From the NCBI GenBank assembly GCA_048886185.1, contig JBHLKY010000024.1:1-32000 (forward strand): DNA of 32,000 bases, in the 5' to 3' direction. Positions 26,720-32,000 of the stretch are shown piece by piece. Numbering within the stretch: position 1 is the first letter of the stretch; the number at the start of each line of letters is the position of its first letter. Under the pieces are notes generated by a model that saw only the letters and a program-made list of their open reading frames with translations, did not search any database and had not been told where the DNA came from. Made by a program: the position numbers and the translations under genes. The stretch is from Candidatus Hermodarchaeota archaeon (GTDB taxonomy: Archaea > Asgardarchaeota > Heimdallarchaeia > Hodarchaeales > Hodarchaeaceae).

Positions 26720-27100
26720 CAACCTAGGAATCGATCAGTATATCACTACATTGCTACCAGAACTTTTACTGAAGTTGAACCAGGACTCCAGATTCATCCT
26801 CCCTCCTCGGTATTACTTGAAATAGAATTGTTCTATAAGTCAGAAGGCTGAAAGGGGGATTTGATAGATCATATGGCTATTTTATTAGCGATTACAGGAT
26901 AGAATCCGACCCCCTTAACCCCTGAAACAATATTATAGGCTATTTCATTACGATACGATTATAATCTATCCTTTTTTGATTTTCATCATGTAATGCAGTA
27001 TTACAAGGATGATTAAATTCTATTTAGTTCAGATCAGGCATTTAGGTCTATTAAAGGTCTTGAGTTCATCAGTCCTCATGATTTCCTTTCAAAGCCATGA
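26720..27100 (+). pseudogene. Decayed PIN-domain (VapC-like) nuclease
   Basis: A single frame reads YHYIATRTF...IHPPSSVLLEIELFYKSEG*...G*NPTPLTPETIL*AISLRYDYNLSFFDFHH...*ILFSSDQAFRSIKGLEFISP: the PIN pattern (PLTPE, LSFFD, SSD.AF) with four in-frame stops and no N-terminal DT motif. Confidence 0.72.
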
Positions 27101-27330
27101 AGTGATGTTAAGGGATCAATATAGTGTAAAGTTTTCTGGGAAGACTCTTATTTCGAGTAATAGTTTTTAATGACACTTTTTCTTTCAGTCGATCGTTTTT
27201 AATGCATTAAATATCCAAGTTTAATCAGAGATCAATTATTACTTAAATTGTCGTGCATATTATGCCAATTGAGTCAGGTTTAAAAAGTAAAACGTGAATC
27301 TCAGCGAAAAACAATAGGAAAGAACAGAAA

Positions 27331-28524
27331 ATGTCTGCTAAAGTTTTTTATGGTTCTTTACAACATGGAACCAATGCTAGATTCGCCACTTTTACTGCTA
27401 AAGTGGAAAAAATTGTTGAACTATTGGAATTTTCAACTATCGAAAAGCAGGATAAAGTTGCTGTCAAAATGCACCTTGGGTTTCAAGATGGCTATCAAAC
27501 AGTACCAGTTTTTTTCATTCGACGTATTGTGAAAGCTATTAAACAGGCTGGGGGGTGGCCATTTATTACTGATAATCCAACAGCAGTATATAATGCTGTT
27601 GAACGTGGCTATACGCAAGAAACTTGTGGATGTCCAATCATTCCCATTAGTGGTGTGAAAGACGGTTATACTGTTGAGAAACGTGTTGATTACAGAAATG
27701 TAGATTCTATGGACATGGCGGGAGTATTAAACGATGCTGATGTCCTAGTTGACGTTAGTCACATTAAAGGTCATAACTCATGTGGATTTGGAGGAGCCAT
27801 CAAAAACATTGCTGTAGGAGGGTATGCTGCACAAACACGTTGGAATAAGATTCATGGTGTGGACCAGTCCATTCCTTACTGGGATGCTGACAAATGCTCT
27901 CCCGAACATGCCAAGAAACTAGTTCTTTCATGTCCTTACAAACAAATGAAATATGACGAAGAAAAACACAAATTGACAATTCCTTTTGGAATGTGTAACC
28001 AGTGTGATGAATGTTTAGAAGCGGATAAAGATGTTGGGTGTTTAGAATATCGGCAGGAGCATTTTTCAGCTTTTCAAGAATTACTGGCAATAAGTGCAAA
28101 ACAAGTTTTGGACACTTTTGATGATAATAAGAAATTCTTCATCAGCTTTTTATTGGAAATAACTGCCTTATGTGATTGCTGGGGATTTGCTCAACCTTGT
28201 GTTGTGAATGATATTGGAGTATTAGGTAGTAGAGATATTGTAGCGATTGAAACAGCTGCCTTGGATCTCATCGCCAAAGAGGGATTAATTTTAAAGAATG
28301 TCCCACCGCATTTTAAACACGCTAATCTAGACCCGAATGTAGACCTTCATCCATTCCAACGACTCCATGGGCGAATGAAGAACCCGTATTTAGCTGTCGA
28401 ATTTGCGAAAGGACTTGGATTGGGTACACAAGACTACGAATTGATTGAGGTTCTAGCCCCAAAAGAAACAATAAAAGAGGAACCTCCAAAAGGTGTACAA
28501 GAACGGGAACCATCATTTTACTAG
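27331..28524 (+). CDS. DUF362 domain iron-sulfur protein
   Basis: VAVKMHLG, SHIKGHNSCGFGGAIKNIAVG, ferredoxin-like Cys cluster (KCSP...SCPY...MCNQCDEC), TALCDCW and DIVAIETAALDLI. Confidence 0.88.
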   Translation: MSAKVFYGSLQHGTNARFATFTAKVEKIVELLEFSTIEKQDKVAVKMHLGFQDGYQTVPVFFIRRIVKAIKQAGGWPFITDNPTAVYNAVERGYTQETCGCPIIPISGVKDGYTVEKRVDYRNVDSMDMAGVLNDADVLVDVSHIKGHNSCGFGGAIKNIAVGGYAAQTRWNKIHGVDQSIPYWDADKCSPEHAKKLVLSCPYKQMKYDEEKHKLTIPFGMCNQCDECLEADKDVGCLEYRQEHFSAFQELLAISAKQVLDTFDDNKKFFISFLLEITALCDCWGFAQPCVVNDIGVLGSRDIVAIETAALDLIAKEGLILKNVPPHFKHANLDPNVDLHPFQRLHGRMKNPYLAVEFAKGLGLGTQDYELIEVLAPKETIKEEPPKGVQEREPSFY

Positions 28525-28587
28525 AATAAGGAGTTCCAACCCCTTTCGAAGGACGATTTATCATCAAGAAGAAAGTAACATAAGGAG

Positions 28588-28631
28588 AGGGGGAGGGAGG
28601 AGGCCTCGTCGGGTCAAAAAAAGACTTTTTC
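28588..28631. repeat. Dispersed G-rich intergenic element, copy B
   Basis: AGGGGGAGGGAGG-N16-AAAAAAGA-CT-TTTTC, matching 16208-16253. Confidence 0.6.
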
Positions 28632-28802
28632 TATTCGACAAAGCCCCATAACATGCAGGTTGTCAGTCACTGATATAGTAGCTGTTTTCCCATATTTGAC
28701 ACAAATTTATTTTTTCTCAGTTTTCATGAGTAAATAAGCCTAGATAGAATAACTAGGAGGAGGAATTACACAAGAGTATAGGTTTTTGGAGAGTCTTCTG
28801 CT

Positions 28803-30977
28803 ATGAGTCACAACATTCCATCTTTTCATTTTGCATACATTCCTTTGAATGTTGACCGTTCCAGTATTAATGTCTTCCAGCATACTAAAAATTCCTTTTC
28901 CTTCGAATATGCTATTTTTGACCCAAAAACCGTCCACATTCACATGTCTCCAATCAAGCGTGGCTGGTTTCGGAACCTGAGGCTTAATTCTGGCATAGCC
29001 ACAATCCAACAATTTGCTACTGCCATGGGACTCCACCAGGATTTTCATAAGGTTGAATCACCTCGGATTCCCCTCCTCTTTGACCTGTTGAGTAAGTCCT
29101 TTCAGATTGGTTCAGATGGCCCGCAATTTTTCTGTGGTGGGATCCTTGGTCGAGAAGGGGATGCTGAACCACCTTTTCTGACAATGGATGGCTTTACAGA
29201 TGACTTGCTTGAAATTCTCACGGACAACCCACAGTTTGCTTTTCTCCAATTTATCTTTAAATCCACTAAAGTCCCCAAGAAATACCGTTCTGAAGAGGAA
29301 TCAGATCGTCACATGAGTCAAATCCGTTTTGATATCCAACACGGGAAGGTTGAACGCCGTTTCCAGCCTCAACATTTGAACATCATGGAGGAAGCGGGGT
29401 GTTTTGAGTTTTCTCCGCGGATTTTAGTGATTGAATCCACTCCTGAGGCCTTGAAATCCAAACTGGACCGGTTGTCTGTCTTATTTGTTTCCAAGGGCTT
29501 GAAAGTTTGCAAATATCCGTCTTTTATTCGTTGGTTTTCTTCATTTAAGAATCTCTGTTCATCTCGTAAACTTGTTTCCCCAATTGTTCTTGACGGGGCT
29601 TCGTTAATGAGCTTCATTGCGCCTCCGCAACGACAATTTTCCCACGAAGGGTACACGCTGGTTCCTAACAAAGCTGACTATCTCCTCTCCACGGGTGTAA
29701 CTGATGTAGCTTCTCACCATGCTATCAACCTGGGTGTTCCCATCATTAGTGGAAAAACTGCTGAGATTCCATTGTTGATTGATGGCAAAAACCTCTGTCG
29801 GCATATGGCTGTGTTTGGTATGACGGGAGAGGGGAAAAGTCGCTTCATTTATGGATTAATCAAGGAGTTTCATCAAAAAAGGGTCAATTTTCTTATTTTT
29901 GATCCAAAAGGGGAGTATTTCCCTCCTGTGAAGACCTTTTGTGATGATTTTATCTATTTAAAACCAGGTTCGTCCTCTTTCCCTTGGGGAATTAACATCT
30001 TTCAAATACCCCAGGATGCAGGGGGTCGTCCCTTGGTGCCTGTGGAAGATCATATCCAATTTGCGGTGTCTATTCTCGAACACATCTTTGATAATGAGGA
30101 TGCTGTTTCTCCCCAGATGCGTCGGATGCTCCATCTTGCGGTCATTCAGACAGTGAAAGCACAAGGTGATTTTCGGAAGTTTCTGTTTTTTTTGGATAAC
30201 ACGAATGAATTGGGAATGAAAGGTTCCTATTTGGAAAGTACGGCGGTGGGTATCCTGAATCGGGTGGAAAAACTCTTCTTTGGTAATACTGGTCGTTGTT
30301 TTACGGTGTCTCGAACCACTTTTGAGGTAGCGGATCTTCTTAATCGCAATGCTATCATTGACCTCTCAGCGTTTGAAGCTATGGAGGATCAAACGGGGCG
30401 AGAGATTTTTCTCAATGTAGTCTTTCAGAATTTATATTACTTTGTCCGCACCTTTCGTGCTCCTTTTAAAGATGAATCATTACCAAAGAATGTTTTTGTC
30501 CTTGATGAGATTCAAAAACTTGCTCCTGCGAAAAATTTCCGTTCTAAATCTCCTGAGTCCATGATCGGTCGGGGACCATGGACTTTACGTGCCTATGATA
30601 TTTCTATGATTTTTATTGGCACTGAACCGATTATTGACCAACCCATGCTGACCAACACGGGCCTCTTAACTCTGTTCTTTACGAAGTTCAACCCTTTTGA
30701 AGTTGCTAACCTCTTGGGGATTGTTCGAGAAGAGTATGAACAGTTACGTCAGCTTTTGAAAGCAAAACGTGATGAGCGTCGATGTATCCTTTCTGTCAAT
30801 GGACAGATTTCTCTCTTGAAGACGAACGAGTTCCACTTAGACCCAAACTTAACTATGGATTTAGAGGAGTTAGCTAATCAGCCATTTCAAAAGCAACTCA
30901 GGGAGTCTTATCATCAGTTGTATTTTGATCCTATTCATGAGATTCTCACTAAAAACTCTACTCCGCGTCATGATTGA
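28803..30977 (+). CDS. HerA/VirB4/FtsK-superfamily (DUF87) ATPase
   Basis: RHMAVFGMTGEGKS (Walker A), FLIFDPKGEY, GINIF, AIIDLS and VFVLDEIQKL (Walker B); ~320-aa N-terminal extension. Confidence 0.88.
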   Translation: MSHNIPSFHFAYIPLNVDRSSINVFQHTKNSFSFEYAIFDPKTVHIHMSPIKRGWFRNLRLNSGIATIQQFATAMGLHQDFHKVESPRIPLLFDLLSKSFQIGSDGPQFFCGGILGREGDAEPPFLTMDGFTDDLLEILTDNPQFAFLQFIFKSTKVPKKYRSEEESDRHMSQIRFDIQHGKVERRFQPQHLNIMEEAGCFEFSPRILVIESTPEALKSKLDRLSVLFVSKGLKVCKYPSFIRWFSSFKNLCSSRKLVSPIVLDGASLMSFIAPPQRQFSHEGYTLVPNKADYLLSTGVTDVASHHAINLGVPIISGKTAEIPLLIDGKNLCRHMAVFGMTGEGKSRFIYGLIKEFHQKRVNFLIFDPKGEYFPPVKTFCDDFIYLKPGSSSFPWGINIFQIPQDAGGRPLVPVEDHIQFAVSILEHIFDNEDAVSPQMRRMLHLAVIQTVKAQGDFRKFLFFLDNTNELGMKGSYLESTAVGILNRVEKLFFGNTGRCFTVSRTTFEVADLLNRNAIIDLSAFEAMEDQTGREIFLNVVFQNLYYFVRTFRAPFKDESLPKNVFVLDEIQKLAPAKNFRSKSPESMIGRGPWTLRAYDISMIFIGTEPIIDQPMLTNTGLLTLFFTKFNPFEVANLLGIVREEYEQLRQLLKAKRDERRCILSVNGQISLLKTNEFHLDPNLTMDLEELANQPFQKQLRESYHQLYFDPIHEILTKNSTPRHD

Positions 30978-31251
30978 TCTAGCATAAGAAAATAAGAAGA
31001 AAAATCGGAAAAATTTTTTCCTCCCACGAACTAGAGACTATTTCGTATAGATCTGCTCAACTTCAGGAATGTGGATGTTTTTACTGTTTATTTGAACGTC
31101 AGATGATATTATTAATAGTTGATTCCTAAGTTTGTCTTTAAAGAGAAGTCCCGGATTTGATTATGATCATTTCTATGACTTACTAATCGAATAGAGAAAA
31201 AATGTGCACCATTCTCTTTCTTTATTAATTCATAATTGATTGATGTAAACC

Positions 31252-32000
31252 ATGAAATTCCTTCAAAAAATGGTAAAAAATATTACTTTATTTGGTATTC
31301 TTGTTATTATCTCGGGAGTAGTTATCACAGACATCATTTTTACTTCCTCTTCTAAGAATGTATCTTACAATGCGACTAACTCTACTGAGGGGATTCATAT
31401 AACACTCTTATATAACGCGGGTGTAATGATAGAAACAGAAGACACCCGTATCTACATTGATCCCTTTGATTTACCCTCCAGTTATTCCAATTATCCTGCT
31501 GATGCTATTCTCATCACCCATGATCATGGTGACCATTATGATCCTACGTCTATCGATCTAATTAAAACTGATAATACGAGTTTTTACTTTCCAGCTATTA
31601 TGGCCGCGGAAGCATTCCTATATGAAGCTTATTCTATAGAACCAGAGGATACTTTTATTATTAATGATTTCAATGTGCGCTGTTTCTATATGTACACAAT
31701 GCCTGGTTCACCTGACTCAAGTCATCCTCAGTCATCTAATTATGTCAGTTATATTATTGAAATTGATGGTTTTACCATTTTTCATGCAGGTGATTCCTGG
31801 AATATTGAAGAGTACCAACAATTAACTGGTGAAATAGATCTAGTTCTTCTCCCTCTAGGTCCAGGATGTCAAACAATGACTGAGATAGATGTTGTTTTAG
31901 CAATAGAAACTATTACTCCCAGTTATTTCATACCCATTCATTACACTGAGGACGTTAAAGCAACATTTATTTTTCTATACAATGATAGGCTCGAGGATTC
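31252..32000 (+). CDS. Secreted or membrane-anchored MBL-fold metallo-hydrolase (partial, runs off the right edge)
   Basis: N-terminal TM/signal; IYIDPF, ILITHDHGDHYD (HxHxDH), SHP, FHAGDS and IPIHY; open to the window end, so it is absent from the ORF track. Confidence 0.88.
   Translation, partial: MKFLQKMVKNITLFGILVIISGVVITDIIFTSSSKNVSYNATNSTEGIHITLLYNAGVMIETEDTRIYIDPFDLPSSYSNYPADAILITHDHGDHYDPTSIDLIKTDNTSFYFPAIMAAEAFLYEAYSIEPEDTFIINDFNVRCFYMYTMPGSPDSSHPQSSNYVSYIIEIDGFTIFHAGDSWNIEEYQQLTGEIDLVLLPLGPGCQTMTEIDVVLAIETITPSYFIPIHYTEDVKATFIFLYNDRLED

Noticed and set aside
22704-27100. Stop-codon recoding (Sec/Pyl or alternative genetic code) to explain in-frame stops in the pseudogenes
   Set aside because: Intact genes end in TAA, TAG and TGA alike, the interrupting stops are of all three types, and I saw no SECIS- or PYLIS-like context.
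353-30164. Many 60-111 aa ORFs in the track overlapping longer genes (e.g. 353-577, 1155-1394, 4214-4480, 8905-9240, 12942-13256, 18196-18486, 27800-28099, 28740-29048, 29369-29671)
   Set aside because: They are antisense or alternate-frame shadows of well-supported CDSs, with no motifs or start signals.

Overview
This is an AT-rich prokaryotic window that looks like an Asgard archaeon, probably Heimdallarchaeia/Hodarchaeales-like. That is inferred from a Rab-like small GTPase, a single-domain gelsolin, TrmB and wHTH regulators, TATA-box promoters and PGF-like C-terminal anchors. It holds about 26 intact CDSs, several decayed genes (DEDDh exonuclease, PIN toxin, membrane-protein remnants) and two small genes that are easy to miss (an 83-aa secreted 11-Cys peptide and a 45-aa 4-Cys protein absent from the ORF track). 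I saw no rRNA, tRNA, CRISPR array or transposase. The strongest candidate for an undescribed system is at 6.9-16.2 kb. A perfect 24-bp palindrome made of tandem 10-mers sits between two back-to-back TATA boxes, just upstream of a tightly coupled wHTH + ParA/MinD-ATPase + membrane-anchored-protein operon, an arrangement resembling archaeal SegAB/AspA partition cassettes. Diverging from it is an operon of surface proteins and a giant zinc-ribbon polytopic membrane protein; two proteins of the locus share an unusual AAGA[ST][FW]E C-terminal anchor motif. All family assignments come from motif recognition by eye; no database searches were run.
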